DNA of 62,964 bases, filler included, from Octopus bimaculoides (GCF_001194135.2; 4 parts of 3 records of this genome joined end to end with filler, not necessarily neighbours in it), one strand, 5' to 3'; shown: positions 25,575 through 38,245, counted from the whole stretch's first letter. Notes: a model not told the origin generated them from the sequence alone. Numbers and translations: made by a program.

Positions 25575-26469
25575 NNNNNNNNNNNNNNNNNNNNNNNNNN
25601 NNNNNNNNNNNNNNNNNNNNNNNNNNNNNNNNNNNNNNNNNNNNNNNNNNNNNNNNNNNNNNNNNNNNNNNNNNNNNNNNNNNNNNNNNNNNNNNNNNNN
25701 NNNNNNNNNNNNNNNNNNNNNNNNNNNNNNNNNNNNNNNNNNNNNNNNNNNNNNNNNNNNNNNNNNNNNNNNNNNNNNNNNNNNNNNNNNNNNNNNNNNN
25801 NNNNNNNNNNNNNNNNNNNNNNNNNNNNNNNNNNNNNNNNNNNNTATATATATATATATATATATATGATCCTCTGTCTGGCCTTGTATATGTGTTACGA
25901 GTGTATACCTTACTAATGTATGCAACATTCATTGCTTACCTCTACGAACGCGCTCGATTGTGTATCTTGCTAGATATGAAAAAACATTTGTGAGTTTTGC
26001 ACACAACAAAACTAACAGATGACCCAATATGTTAAAAGCAATAAGCAAGCTTTATTTTATATCCATTTCCCATCGAATTATTGATAATAAACTCTTATCT
26101 AAATGTGATTTGTGATCTGTTCTATCTTTTCCCTTGTGGTTTATTAAACAAAAAACAAAAGAAACCAAAAACAAATGCTGATCATATACACTAATGGGTG
26201 GAGATTGAAGAATGCAGTAATTACAGTGTATTTGGACATGAAATTGTATGGAATAAATATGAACAACAAACAATATAAATGGAGTGAGAAAATGTAATTC
26301 AATCTGTTGTTACGACGTTCGTTCATTTCTCTGAATATTTTCAGGTTTTTCATTTTTCTGCTTCACGTTCTTTTATCACTCGTACGTCTATGCAAGCATA
26401 TGAGTAAGTGGGCGTACTTCTGTGTGTATGTGTTTGTTTGTGTGCGTGTGTGTGATTATATACATATAT

Positions 26470-26545
26470 ACATACATATTCTATTATTTTCTTTGTTTCG
26501 GTTATTTGACTGCGGCCATGCTGGAGCACCGCCTTTAGTCTAACA
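26470..26545 (-). mobile_element. SINE family B, 3' tail
   Basis: TTTGACTGCGGCCATGCTGGAGCACCGCCTTTAGTC. Confidence 0.75.
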
Positions 26546-26671
26546 AGTCTGTACGTACGTACGTATGTATGTATGTATGTATGTATGTGTGTATGTATGT
26601 ATGTATGTATGTACTGTTCGGTATCTACGCGTTGAATTAAAATAATTATCTTTCTACTTGTTCTACAATAT

Positions 26672-26725
<54 letters not shown>

Positions 26726-27150
26726 TATNNNNNNNNNNNNNNNNNNNNNNNNNNNNNNNNNNNNNNNNNNNNNNNNNNNNNNNNNNNNNNNNNNNNNNNN
26801 NNNNNNNNNNNNNNNNNNNNNNNNNNNNNNNNNNNNNNNNNNNNNNNNNNNNNNNNNNNNNNNNNNNNNNNNNNNNNNNNNNNNNNNNNNNNNNNNNNNN
26901 NNNNNNNNNNNNNNNNNNNNNNNNNNNNNNNNNNNNNNNNNNNNNNNNNNNNNNNNNNNNNNNNNNNNNNNNNNNNNNNNNNNNNNNNNNNNNNNNNNNN
27001 NNNNNNNNNNNNNNNNNNNNNNNNNNNNNNNNNNNNNNNNNNNNNNNNNNNNNNNNNNNNNNNNNNNNNNNNNNNNNNNNNNNNNNNNNNNNNNNNNNNN
27101 NNNNNNNNNNNNNNNNNNNNNNNNNNNNNNNNNNNNNNNNNNNNNNNNNN

Positions 27151-27191
<41 letters not shown>

Positions 27192-27204
27192 GTATGCATG
27201 TATA

Positions 27205-27385
27205 TCTCTGTGTGTGTTTGTGTTTCCCTCACTATTTGACAACCGGTGTTAGTGGGTTTACTCCCCCATAACTTAGCGGCTCAGCAAAAATGACGAATAG
27301 AATAAGTACTAGGATTAAAAAAATCTGAGGTCGATTTGTTCCACTAAATCCTTTCAAGATGGTGTTCCAGGATGGCCGCAGTCAA
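27205..27385 (+). mobile_element. SINE family B, 3' half
   Basis: TTGACAACCGGTGTT...ATAACTTAGCGGCTCAGCAAAA...GATAGTACTAGG-like...GGATGGCCGCAGTCAA. Confidence 0.75.
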
Positions 27386-27519
27386 GTCATTATAAAGATT
27401 GAACTTAGAGATTGATGAATTGATGCTACGCACTTTCCCCGGCGTGGTAACGATATACATATTCTGGAGAGAAATTTCTTAATTTCCAAAAAATTGGATG
27501 TTAATTTTCTTGAAACTAA

Positions 27520-27900
27520 TATCTTTTGATTACTTGATTACAATGCTCTTGTAGTTCTCCAAGAACTTTGTGACAGTCCACGTGGAAATCCTCCAAAATG
27601 AAGCTATGGAGAATCCTTGTCACAGCGCTTTTCATCTTTAAAACGGCTTCCCGTGAGATTCTTTCTCAGCACGGGGAATGACGAAAATTCACAGGAAACG
27701 ATGTCTTCCTCTAAGGGTTCCTTCTCAGCTTGGGGAACGACGAAAATTCACATCCCCATATGAAGGATAGTGATTCACCAACGTAAATATTTGGATTGTG
27801 GGGAGGACGGGGACAGTTTTGATGCCAGACTCCGTCAAATTGTTGGTTACCAGGATATTTGTCACCGAGCTTGTTGAGAAGAAACTTTTGCACAAATTTT
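27520..27900 (-). pseudogene. Degenerate mariner transposase C-terminus with an internal ~60-bp tandem duplication
   Basis: Minus frames: NCPRPPHNPNI (PHPPYSPDL-like), CEFSSFPKLRRN (CDFWLFPKLKEN-like) and KMKSAVTRILHSFILEDFH. The unit TTCTCAGC..GGGGAA.GACGAAAATTCACA repeats at ~27662 and ~27722. Confidence 0.6.
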
Positions 27901-28189
27901 GCGCATATTCAAATCTTCATGAATAAGTGTTTATAAGTATCACAGCAAATCCAAACTGTCTCCTTATAATCTTTATGGACACACGTTTGCCCAAATTTCC
28001 CTAGGAAAGTCTATAAGCCCGAAATATAGAAATACAAAGTTAAACAGAGTCTTTATTTTGTTGTGTTTTGTTCTTTTCTTTTTGTAGTTTACTTTCTCGC
28101 GTTGTTCATGCCTTACACAAGAAATCTCTTTAAAGAAATACTACATAATGCTTCACCAAAACTACTCCGCATAAATACGGAAAGAGAAA

Positions 28190-28313
28190 GAGAGAGTGTG
28201 TGTGAGAGAGAGAGGAGTTTGAAGACAAAGTTTAAACTGGGAAATGGGAAAAACAAAACTAGGGAAAAGATAGAGTGAGAAAGAGAAAGAGAATAAGACA
28301 GATAAATAGATAG

Positions 28314-28347
<34 letters not shown>

Positions 28348-28610
28348 TGAGAGAGAGTGAGAGAGAGAGAGTGAGGGAGAGAGTGAGAGAGAGAGAGTGA
28401 GAGAGAAAGTGAGAGAGAGAGAGAAAGGAGGGAGGGATGAGAGAGAGAGAGAGAGAAGTTTAAAGAGAAAGTTGAAACTGAGAAATGAGAAAAACAAAGC
28501 TGGAAAGATGAGTGAGAAAGAGATAAAGAGAAAGAGAGAAGCCAGGAGAGATGAGAGGGAGAGGGAGAGGGAGAGAGAGAGGGAACGAAAGAGGGGGAGA
28601 GAGAATTAAA
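28190..28610. repeat. (GA)n/(GATA)n purine-rich microsatellite complex
   Basis: Direct inspection. Confidence 0.9.
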
Positions 28611-29029
28611 GTGGGAAATGTAATGATAGAGAATAATATGTACAATGATGTTATTTATGACCATCTAGAATTATCCTTATATAGTTATATCAATTCCATG
28701 ATTATTGTCATTACATGGGGAGATAAATATTTATATACATCTCTACAGTAAATTCAAAATGGAAATATTTCATTTGGCTGTTACTCCTAAACATATATTT
28801 GATGCTATTAAAATATCCTCTATTCAAACTCTCTCCGATACGAGAGTCTCTTGGTAGTTTCTAGCGCTGCTAGAAAGAGAAAGCGTTCTGACCAGAATTT
28901 ACGCTTAGACGCTTTAGAATACGCTATAATTTCTCGAAAATCTCTCTTGATCATACAGACTTCGGCCCCTCTAGCTTTACCTATAGCCCATATCTTTTCA
29001 CATGAAAGAGAACTAAGGAAGGTTATAAT

Positions 29030-29178
29030 ACTGTTCTATACTTAAGAGATGAGGAATTCTGTACCTTAGTTACATTTGACGGGTATTTGTCCTCATCTTG
29101 TTTGTTGTTAACACAACGTTTAGGCTAATATACCCTCCAGTCTTCATCAGGTGTCTTGGGGAAATATCGAACCTGGGC
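29030..29178 (-). mobile_element. Hammerhead-bearing repeat tail, inverted copy (core GAAA mutated to TAAA)
   Basis: Reverse complement CCCAGGTTCGATATTTCCCCAAGACACCTGATGAAGACTGGAGGGTATATTAGCCTAAACGTTGTGTTAAC... aligns to 29853-29965. Confidence 0.8.
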
Positions 29179-29184
29179 ATTTGG

Positions 29185-29793
29185 TGGAGTGATTAAGAGC
29201 TGGCTGCCCAGTCCTGGCTAAGAAGGAATATATTCACAGACACGACAGAGCTGGGACCTATATACACTGGAAGCTATGCCAACACTATGGAATAACAACA
29301 GAAAAAAGATGGTATAAACACACGCCAGAAAAGGTCACAGAAAACGAGAAAGCAACCATACTCTGGGATATGCCAATACACACAGATAGAGAAATTAAGG
29401 CAAATAGACCAGATATAGTTGTCAAAGATCATGAAGAAAAAAAATGCTTTCTAATTGATGTATCAATACCAGCAGATGACAACGTTTCTCTAAAAGAAAT
29501 GGAAAAACTTTCAAAATACAAAGACCTGGAAATAGAGATAACTCGAATGTGGAATCTAAAAACAGAAACAATTCCTATCGTAGTAGGNNNNNNNNNNNNN
29601 NNNNNNNNNNNNNNNACAAATATATATAACATACAAAAAATTGCACTACTGGGCACTGCACACATCCTACGCAAAACACTTTCAATACAGTAACCATAAG
29701 AGCATCACAGCAAACCACAGCACATACCCAAGGCACACAGTGCTGCGCTCGGTAGTGAAGTGAAAGCACGTTATAAAAATAAAACTACTGAAC

Positions 29794-29829
<36 letters not shown>
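29185..29829 (+). mobile_element. Dong/R4-clade non-LTR retrotransposon 3' fragment (restriction-like endonuclease, 3'UTR, (AAT)n tail)
   Basis: AGCPVLAKKEYIHRHDRAGTYIHWKLCQHY...ILWDMPIHTDREIKANRPDIVV...LIDVSIP...KLSKYKDL...ALLGTAHILRK*: RH/PD-(D/E)xK RLE motifs, ending in (AAT)n. Confidence 0.9.
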
Positions 29830-29965
29830 CGAAAAATACCTTAGGAATGAGAACCCAGGTTCGAAATTTCCCCAAGACACCTGATGAAGGTTGGAGACTA
29901 TATCAGCCGAAACGTTGTGTTAACAACAAACAACAGGCAAATATCCGTCTAATGTAAATAATGTA
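29830..29965 (+). mobile_element. Hammerhead-bearing repeat tail (Penelope pseudo-LTR-like)
   Basis: GAAAAATACCTTAGGAATGAGAACCCAGGTTCGAAATTTCCCCAAGACACCTGATGAAG...CCGAAACGTTGTGTTAAC...TATCCGTCTAATGTAAATAATGTA. Same family as the 17.2-17.7 kb copies. Confidence 0.8.
29876..29921 (+). ncRNA. Minimal type I hammerhead ribozyme, predicted cleavage after GUU at 29916
   Basis: Stem I GACAC/GUGUU, core CUGAUGA, stem II GGUUG/CAGCC with a 10-nt loop, GAAAC-GUU. The ACGU palindrome fits the loop-less stem III of dimeric minimal hammerheads. Confidence 0.7.
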
Positions 29966-30183
29966 AGGAAGTTTATAATATGTATTTGTTCTACTTCCTA
30001 TCTCTTATGTTTAAGTATCCTCTAGAATCCAGAGCTCACGAACCATCAACATTTATACTCTAAGGTTGTCACGACAGATGTTTCCATTTCTTATATATAT
30101 CTACATATTTATCTATTTAAATATCTATTTATCTTTAACCTAACTTCTCCACTTTTCTTTTTTATCTCTCATTTCACCCTCAG

Positions 30184-30245
<62 letters not shown>

Positions 30246-30739
30246 NNNNNNNNNNNNNNNNNNNNNNNNNNNNNNNNNNNNNNNNNNNNNNNNNNNNNNN
30301 NNNNNNNNNNNNNNNNNNNNNNNNNNNNNNNNNNNNNNNNNNNNNNNNNNNNNNNNNNNNNNNNNNNNNNNNNNNNNNNNNNNNNNNNNNNNNNNNNNNN
30401 NNNNNNNNNNNNNNNNNNNNNNNNNNNNNNNNNNNNNNNNNNNNNNNNNNNNNNNNNNNNNNNNNNNNNNNNNNNNNNNNNNNNNNNNNNNNNNNNNNNN
30501 NNNNNNNNNNNNNNNNNNNNNNNNNNNNNNNNNNNNNNNNNNNNNNNNNNNNNNNNNNNNNNNNNNNNNNNNNNNNNNNNNNNNNNNNNNNNNNNNNNNN
30601 NNNNNNNNNNNNNNNNATGTATTGCGTATGTCTTCATTCACGTATATATTCCTATGTATATATGTATATACATATACATGCGTTCATACACTTGTGTGTA
30701 ACATCCTCATATATGTAGATAGTGTTTCACCATAGTGAA

Positions 30740-30754
30740 TACCCGCATGCATAA

Positions 30755-30795
<41 letters not shown>

Positions 30796-30964
30796 AACAC
30801 GCTCGCACGCACATACACACATGCACACACTCACACACACATACACATATAAACAAGTTGATAGATTATTAGTAGATAAACAGACAGTCAGATAGACAGA
30901 CAGAGAAATAGACAGACAGATGGGTAGATAGATAGATAGATAGATAGATAGAGAGATAACATAG

Positions 30965-31023
<59 letters not shown>

Positions 31024-31290
31024 AATAGATAGAGAGAGAGATAGAGTGATAGACAAAGATAGATATATAGATAGATAGATAGATAGATTGTAAGGCATAT
31101 CGATAGATAGGCAGGCAAGCAAGCAGGCAGACAGACAGACCCACAGTCAGATAATTAGATAAGCAGATAGATAGATAGATAGATAGATAGGTAGGTAGGT
31201 AGGTAGGTAGGTAGGTAGGTAGGTAGGTAGATAGCTACATAGGTAGGTCGGACTGTAGGTGAGTAGGTAGGTAGTTAGGTAGGGAGATGG
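30740..31290. repeat. (CA)n/(GATA)n/(GA)n/(GGTA)n microsatellite complex
   Basis: Direct inspection. Confidence 0.9.
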
Positions 31291-31965
31291 GTAGATAGGT
31301 TTAGCCGGAGTATTAAAAGAAAATATTCATCATACTTATGCAGATGACAACTGATTCCTATCAAATGTTTCTACAAGGTAAACAAGATGCGGAAATATAA
31401 CTGAATAGAAGTGGGTGTTAGACAGAGAGGCTGGAGCTCTGTGATAGGAATAGGACCACATGCTGTTGAATTTAATTAAATCCAACCGGGAAAACACAAC
31501 TGGATAAATGACTGGATGTAAATGGAGTGGATGTGTAGTAGAAGGATTACAACGCCAATAACAATATATATAGACACACACACACACATATATATACTAA
31601 AATAAAATAAAATAAACAAGGAATACGAATACTGATGCCAAAAATAATATGCAAATATCATATCGATACTGCTATCAAGATTAGAAAATTATCTAGAATA
31701 TAATCCAGAGGAGACGCACACACACACATATATACGCATACGCGCGCGCGCACACAATATACGCACCCTGAAGCATCTTATGTGTGTGTGGGTGTGTGTG
31801 TGTGCGTGCGTGTGTAGGATATTAGAAATGTGTAAATAAAAATATATGGCTAAAACAGAAATGACAAAATGTCCACAAATTATATATTCATTAAGATTTA
31901 TATATCGATAAATAGGTTTATTATAGGTAATTAGTAAGCATTATCTTTGTGTGCATATGTATATG

Positions 31966-32049
<84 letters not shown>

Positions 32050-32789
32050 TGTGTAAATATATGTGTGTGTGTGTGTCTGTGTGTATCTATATATATATAT
32101 ATATATATATATCTATATATATATATATATATTCATTTTTATTTACATGTATATGTGTCTATATAAATACCTGTATGTCTTTTCGTACATGTTCATTACA
32201 TATGTATAAATATAGATGTATTTATGTGTATATCTGTGTGTATATATTTGTTTGTGCGTCTATATGAATGTATATGCATGTTCGTTGGTGTGTTTATTAC
32301 ACGTTTAATAAAAACAGACTACAGTATAAAAATAGAAATTAAATATGTAAAAAAAAAAATAAAAATAGGAGGTTAAACGGCGAAGAAAAGTGGGAGGATC
32401 TTGATGTTTATGGTTCATATTAACATGTGTTGATCGATGTCCCCTAATCGTTTATGGCTTACAAATAACAACGATAGAAATCAAAACGAGACTCAAAGGA
32501 CTTCTAAAGACATAAACAGGCCGGATGTAAAACGTTAAATCTAATTGCTTCAGAGTGTCACCTTATCTACGTGGAGATCTATATACTCTGCGTAGTCTAT
32601 ATTTTCTAATCCCAATATGCTACAAGCACACACACACACACACACACACCCACGGAATAAAAAAGTATATATATATTATTTATAAAGCAAGAATTTTTTC
32701 CGTCTACGACCAGCCAAATATTTTGGGAATTCCATAACTACATATGGTGGGGCTACTGTTCAGACCAATTTCATTAGATAATATGAAAG

Positions 32790-32834
<45 letters not shown>

Positions 32835-33069
32835 AAAAAAACGCATGATAACCGATTTGCTTTATCTCAGCACGTGTATGGGCAACTCTATATAAAGAGA
32901 GATTGTTTTATGCATTTCGTACATCATGTTAATATACCTATGTTACTTCTTTTACTCTATAATGTATATTTTTTCTTCATTTCATTGAGATGATTAATTC
33001 AATGGATTTTTTTTCGTCGGCTGCCATATTTTTACTGTGTGTATTCTCTACATTAAGCAGCGCAGCACT

Positions 33070-33620
33070 TTTGGATTTTGGATATGAGCCATGTTTTATT
33101 TTGTGTACTTATTTCTAATATACGGAGATACTCTCCGTCATACATGCGCAGTGTGTATTCATGCTATATCATGTATATTGTGCTTATTTCTAAGTCCTGT
33201 GGTTTCGGTAATGTATTTGTGCGCATGCTTTCTATCATCCCTAAGGCACCTATTATTATAGGCATTGTTTCCGATCTTCGACTCTCTCAGTCCCCTTATC
33301 TTTGTTTACAGATCGTTATATTTGAATAATTTCCCTTTTCTTTGAGAAATATTTTATCATCAGTTGGGACTGATTCTTCGATTAGGAATCACCCATCCTT
33401 TCCTGATAGTCTTGTTTAAGTATATCTGGTCTATTTGTTTTCAATATTCTGCCTGCCTGGATTGGCATATCCAAGAACATGACTTTGGTCATTCTATAAG
33501 ATCACTTTTTGCAGCATAAAACTATACCTTCTCTTTGGGTTTGTATTTCATTACGCAGGCATAACTTCCGAGTGTATGCAAACCTTTACTCTGGCTTACT
33601 TCTAGATACTGTTTTTTGTT
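33070..33620 (-). mobile_element. Dong/R4-clade LINE 3' fragment, degenerate
   Basis: Minus frames: DMPIQAGRILKTNRPDIL, SIPTDDKIFLKEKGKLFKYNDL and IHTAHV. Homologous to 29370-29693. Confidence 0.75.
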
Positions 33621-33794
33621 GGTTAAGACTGTTCAACTTGAGACAATGCGGTTAAATGCTTCCGAAGTTACTGTAATATGCTCCATTACATGAACAAAGA
33701 TCACCGCTTAAACAACCTGATACAAGGATTTTAACATCACTATATTCCAGATTTTAATATCACAATATCGAACAACCCTCTCTAACAAATACAT

Positions 33795-33931
<137 letters not shown>

Positions 33932-34031
33932 NNNNNNNNNNNNNNNNNNNNNNNNNNNNNNNNNNNNNNNNNNNNTTAATTAATTAANNNNNNNNNNNNN
34001 NNNNNNNNNNNNNNNNNNNNNNNNNNNNNNN
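33932..34031. other. Artificial scaffold-join spacer
   Basis: 44N-TTAATTAATTAA-44N. Confidence 0.95.
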
Positions 34032-34104
34032 AAAACAGATATGGGTAACCTTTTTTCGTGAAACGGGCCGCATTAAACACGGTTCATCATTTAGCGGGCC
34101 ACAC

Positions 34105-34332
34105 GCAGAAACGTTAGAACGCCGGGCGAAATGCTTAGCGGTATTTCGTCTACCGCTACGTTCTGAGTTCAAATTCCGCCGAGGTCGACTCTGCCTTTCA
34201 TCCTTTCGGGGTCGATTAAATAAGTACCAGTTACGCACTGGGGTCGGTATAATCGACTTAATCCGTTTGTCTGTCCTTGTTTGTCCCCTCTGTGTGTAGC
34301 CCCTTGTGGGCAGTAAAGAAATAAGATAAGAA
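34105..34332 (+). mobile_element. SINE family A, alternative-tail subfamily, young copy
   Basis: GCAGAAACGTTAGAACGCCGGGCG...GCCTTTCATCCTTTCGGGGTCG...GTTTGTCTGTCCTTGTTTGTCCCC...GGGCAGTAAAGAAATAAG, with CpGs intact. Confidence 0.9.
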
Positions 34333-34949
34333 TTTCCCAAAAATTGGTATCTCGTTCTCACCGTTACTCCCTTGTGGGTAGTAAAGAAATAACACTATTA
34401 ACCAAAATAAAAATCAACTAATTTTTCGTTTGGGTGCTCCATTCAGAGAGTTCTATGGGTCGATCTAGAAGTGATAGGTTAAAAGGTTAAATGAAGTACT
34501 GCATGATCCAGGAATCGAACCCACGTCCACAAAATTGCGAGAACAACACTAGGCCACGCGACTTTACAACATATTAAATACTTCTTTATTTCATAAATAT
34601 TTACCATAAAGGCATTACAAAGAGGGGACGAACAAGGACAGACAAACATAAAAGGGGTGAAGTAGCTGTATCGATTAAATATTTACAATTTTGAATACAC
34701 AATAAAAATTATTTACAATGTTCGATTGAAGTATTGCTCATTACAGATGCAATTTGTAATGGCTTTCCTGAAAGATAGGCATCCGACCACCAGGGTAGAC
34801 CCTTTGCTTTTACTTTCCCTTGTTTTTGGCTCCCACTTACCTGGTGCCAAACACTCCCAGCTTACTCGCCACAGGCTTCCATCTTCTCATGAATCTGTCT
34901 TATCAATGTGAGGATGTTNNNNNNNNNNCACACACACACACACACACAC

Positions 34950-35095
34950 ACACGACGAGATACTTTCAGTTTCCGTTTACTAAATCTACTCACAAGGCTT
35001 TGGTCGACCCGGGACTATAGTAGAACTAGCCCAAGGTGCCACGCTGTGGCACTGAACTCAGTATCTTGTGGACGGGAAGCAAACTTACCATACAG
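34950..35095 (-). mobile_element. SINE family B, 5' half
   Basis: TTTCAGTTTCCGTTTACTAAATCTACTCACAAGGCTTTGGTCG...GGTGCCACGCTGTGGCACTGAAC. Confidence 0.8.
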
Positions 35096-35164
35096 TCACG
35101 TTTGTCAATATTTTGTAAAACTTCTTATAATGCATCTCATACCAGTAGTCTTAGACCGAATAGA

Positions 35165-35345
35165 TGGCGGAGGCCGTGAGTAGTCGCTCAATCTGCAAGA
35201 AAAAGCACCCTAGTCTAACTCAAATCGCAGCCTGACGTCTATTATGAAAAGCATCACTGGACAACGTAGCTTCATATGTGCAAAGAGGTCGAGAAGGGCG
35301 TTGCTGGAATACGGTGATCGATCAGGGTTGATAAGAGGTTATACA
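35165..35345 (+). repeat. Unclassified interspersed repeat (related pieces at ~42060-42235 on + and ~48550-48745 on -)
   Basis: Shared GTAGTC(G/A)CTC...AAATAGCAGCCAA..CCCTCAAAT-like motif. Confidence 0.5.
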
Positions 35346-35992
35346 ATAGCAATAACAACAACCATTTGCTAGAAATAGCAATCAAAACCGCAAATCACAC
35401 TGTATCGTCTTAAGAAAAAAAAGTTAAAGAACAGCTTGCCGTCATTCACGAACGCCTAACGCTTGGTAACAAGTACGATGCTGAATCTTGGTAAAAAAAA
35501 ANNNNNNNNNNNNNNNNNNNNNNNNNNNNNNNNNNNNNNNNNNNNNNNNNNNNNNNNNNNNNNNNNNNNNNNNNNNNNNNNNNNNNNNNNNNNNNNNNNN
35601 NNNNNNNNNNNNNNNNNNNNNNNNNNNNNNNNNNNNNNNNNNNNNNNNNNNNNNNNNNNNNNNNNNNNNNNNNNNNNNNNNNNNNNNNNNNNNNNNNNNN
35701 NNNNNNNNNNNNNNNNNNNNNNNNNNNNNNNNNNNNNNNNNNNNNNNNNNNNNNNNNNNNNNNNNNNNNNNNNNNNNNNNNNNNNNNNNNNNNNNNNNNN
35801 NNNNNNNNNNNNNNNNNNNNNNNNNNNNNNNNNNNNNNNNNNNNNNNNNNNNNNNNNNNNNNNNNNNNNNNNNNNNNNNNNNNNNNNNNNNNNNNNNNNN
35901 NNNNNNNNNNNNNNNNNNNNNNNNNNNNNNNNNNNNNNNNNNNNNNNNNNNNNNNNNNNNNNNNNNNNNNNNNNNNNNNNNNNNNNNNNNNN

Positions 35993-36295
35993 GTGTTTAT
36001 TGAGCGAAAACACCTAAAGCTCCACGAGGCTCTGGCAGGGGATAGTGGCGAACCCTGCTGTACTCTTTCACCACAACTTTCTCTCACTCTTTCTTCCTGT
36101 TTCTGTTGTGCCTGTAATTCAAAGGGTCAGCCTTGTCACACTGTGTCACGCTGAATATCCCCGAGAACTACGTTAAGGGTACACGTGTCTGTGGAGTGCT
36201 CAGGCACTTGCACGTTAATTTCACGAGCAGGTTGTTCCGTTGATCGGATCAACTGGAACCCTTGACGTCGTAAGCGACGGAGTGCCAACAACAAC
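35993..36295 (+). mobile_element. 3' tail of SINE/LINE family D, ending in (CAA)n
   Basis: AAAGGGTCAGCCTTGTCACACTGTGTCACGCTGAAT...GACGGAGTGCCAACAACAAC. The same sequence follows a tRNA head at 47388-47590. Confidence 0.85.
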
Positions 36296-36711
36296 ATCAT
36301 GTTATTGCCTAATTATTTTAGGCTCCTATGTTGTCACCAGCAACTTCTTGAAACCCACCCTTAAACCAACAGACACCTGGGACGTGACAGCTGCAATGAA
36401 GGAAGCTTATACCAGCACCCTCTTTGTGTTTATTACAGTGGAGCAGATTGTCTTCACAAATTGAAATGAAATGCCTTGTTGGGGGATATAATACTCTTCT
36501 CAACCCGGTCCAGAATTTGAACACACAACTGTATGTTCACGTTGAATGAAGACTAAGCCTTGAGCCATCGCTTAAAACAGTAACCCAGGGCAGGTTGCTC
36601 GCTCCATTAGTTTGTGTGTGGAAGTATTTTAGTCACGTGTGGATTATTTTCGAATGAGGTGTAAAAAGTCAATAACACTTTCAATAAAGTTTAGACATAC
36701 ATACATACATG

Positions 36712-36950
36712 GTGGTTGCACTCCGTCGGTTACGACGACGAGGGTTCCAGTTGATCCAATCAACGGCACAACCTGCTCGTGAAATTAACGTGCAAGTGGC
36801 TGAGCACTCCACAGACACGTGTACCCTTAACGTAGTTCTCGGGGATATTCAGCGTGACACAGTGTGACAAGACTGACCCTTTGAATTACAGGCACAACAG
36901 AAACAGGAAGTAAGACTGAGAGAAAGTTGTGGTGAAAGAGTACAGCAGGG
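36712..36950 (-). mobile_element. 3' tail of family D, inverted relative to 35993-36295
   Basis: Near-identical reverse complement of ~36052-36290. Confidence 0.9.
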
Positions 36951-38145
36951 NNNNNNNNNNNNNNNNNNNNNNNNNNNNNNNNNNNNNNNNNNNNNNNNNN
37001 NNNNNNNNNNNNNNNNNNNNNNNNNNNNNNNNNNNNNNNNNNNNNNNNNNNNNNNNNNNNNNNNNNNNNNNNNNNNNNNNNNNNNNNNNNNNNNNNNNNN
37101 NNNNNNNNNNNNNNNNNNNNNNNNNNNNNNNNNNNNNNNNNNNNNNNNNNNNNNNNNNNNNNNNNNNNNNNNNNNNNNNNNNNNNNNNNNNNNNNNNNNN
37201 NNNNNNNNNNNNNNNNNNNNNNNNNNNNNNNNNNNNNNNNNNNNNNNNNNNNNNNNNNNNNNNNNNNNNNNNNNNNNNNNNNNNNNNNNNNNNNNNNNNN
37301 NNNNNNNNNNNNNNNNNNNNNNNNNNNNNNNNNNNNNNNNNNNNNNNNNNNNNNNNNNNNNNNNNNNNNNNNNNNNNNNNNNNNNGGGATAGAAGATGTT
37401 TGAGAAACACGGATTTAAAAGAAATTAGGACACATGAAGTCGGAGCTCGTTCGCTCGAACACGGGCCGCAGATGTGATGACTTAAAGAAAAAAGAATTAA
37501 AGAACATTTAATTGATCATAGTGTCTGTGCGATCAGGATTCAACCCAGGGCTAAATACAACCAACACCATCACCGCCACATCACTACCAGCACCACCACC
37601 AACAACAACAACAAGTCCCGTTGAATCAAATGAAAACTGCTGTAACTTGATTTTTCAAAGGAAGTTAAGAAAAAGTGATGCTCTATATTCTGTCTACATC
37701 AAAAGAGATTCAAACAGGAAAATGAATTTAAAAAACAAAAATATGTTAACGTATCCGGTGTTAAACGTCCACTAGACTAAACTGTGAGTTAAGCTGTGTC
37801 TTGCTTCACCCACTCATTCCAATACGATGACCCCCTTTTGCTGTAAGAGGAAAGTAGTTATTTAGAAAATGAGTGATGAATACCTTACGTCGTTGGCCTC
37901 AAATTTAACGACATCTGATACTCTCTGCCATCAATGGTATTTTGTTACAAATTACCAAATAAATTCACTACTTTTCTTCAACTTCATTGATTTTTTTCCC
38001 ATTGAGTTCAATCATTGTTTAATGTACGTACACATACATACATACATACATACATACATACATACATACATGCATACATACATACATATTCGCATGCTTA
38101 CATACAAACGTACATGCATACATACACACACACACACATACATTG

Positions 38146-38245
38146 NNNNNNNNNNNNNNNNNNNNNNNNNNNNNNNNNNNNNNNNNNNNTTAATTAATTA
38201 ANNNNNNNNNNNNNNNNNNNNNNNNNNNNNNNNNNNNNNNNNNNN
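38146..38245. other. Artificial scaffold-join spacer
   Basis: 44N-TTAATTAATTAA-44N. Confidence 0.95.
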
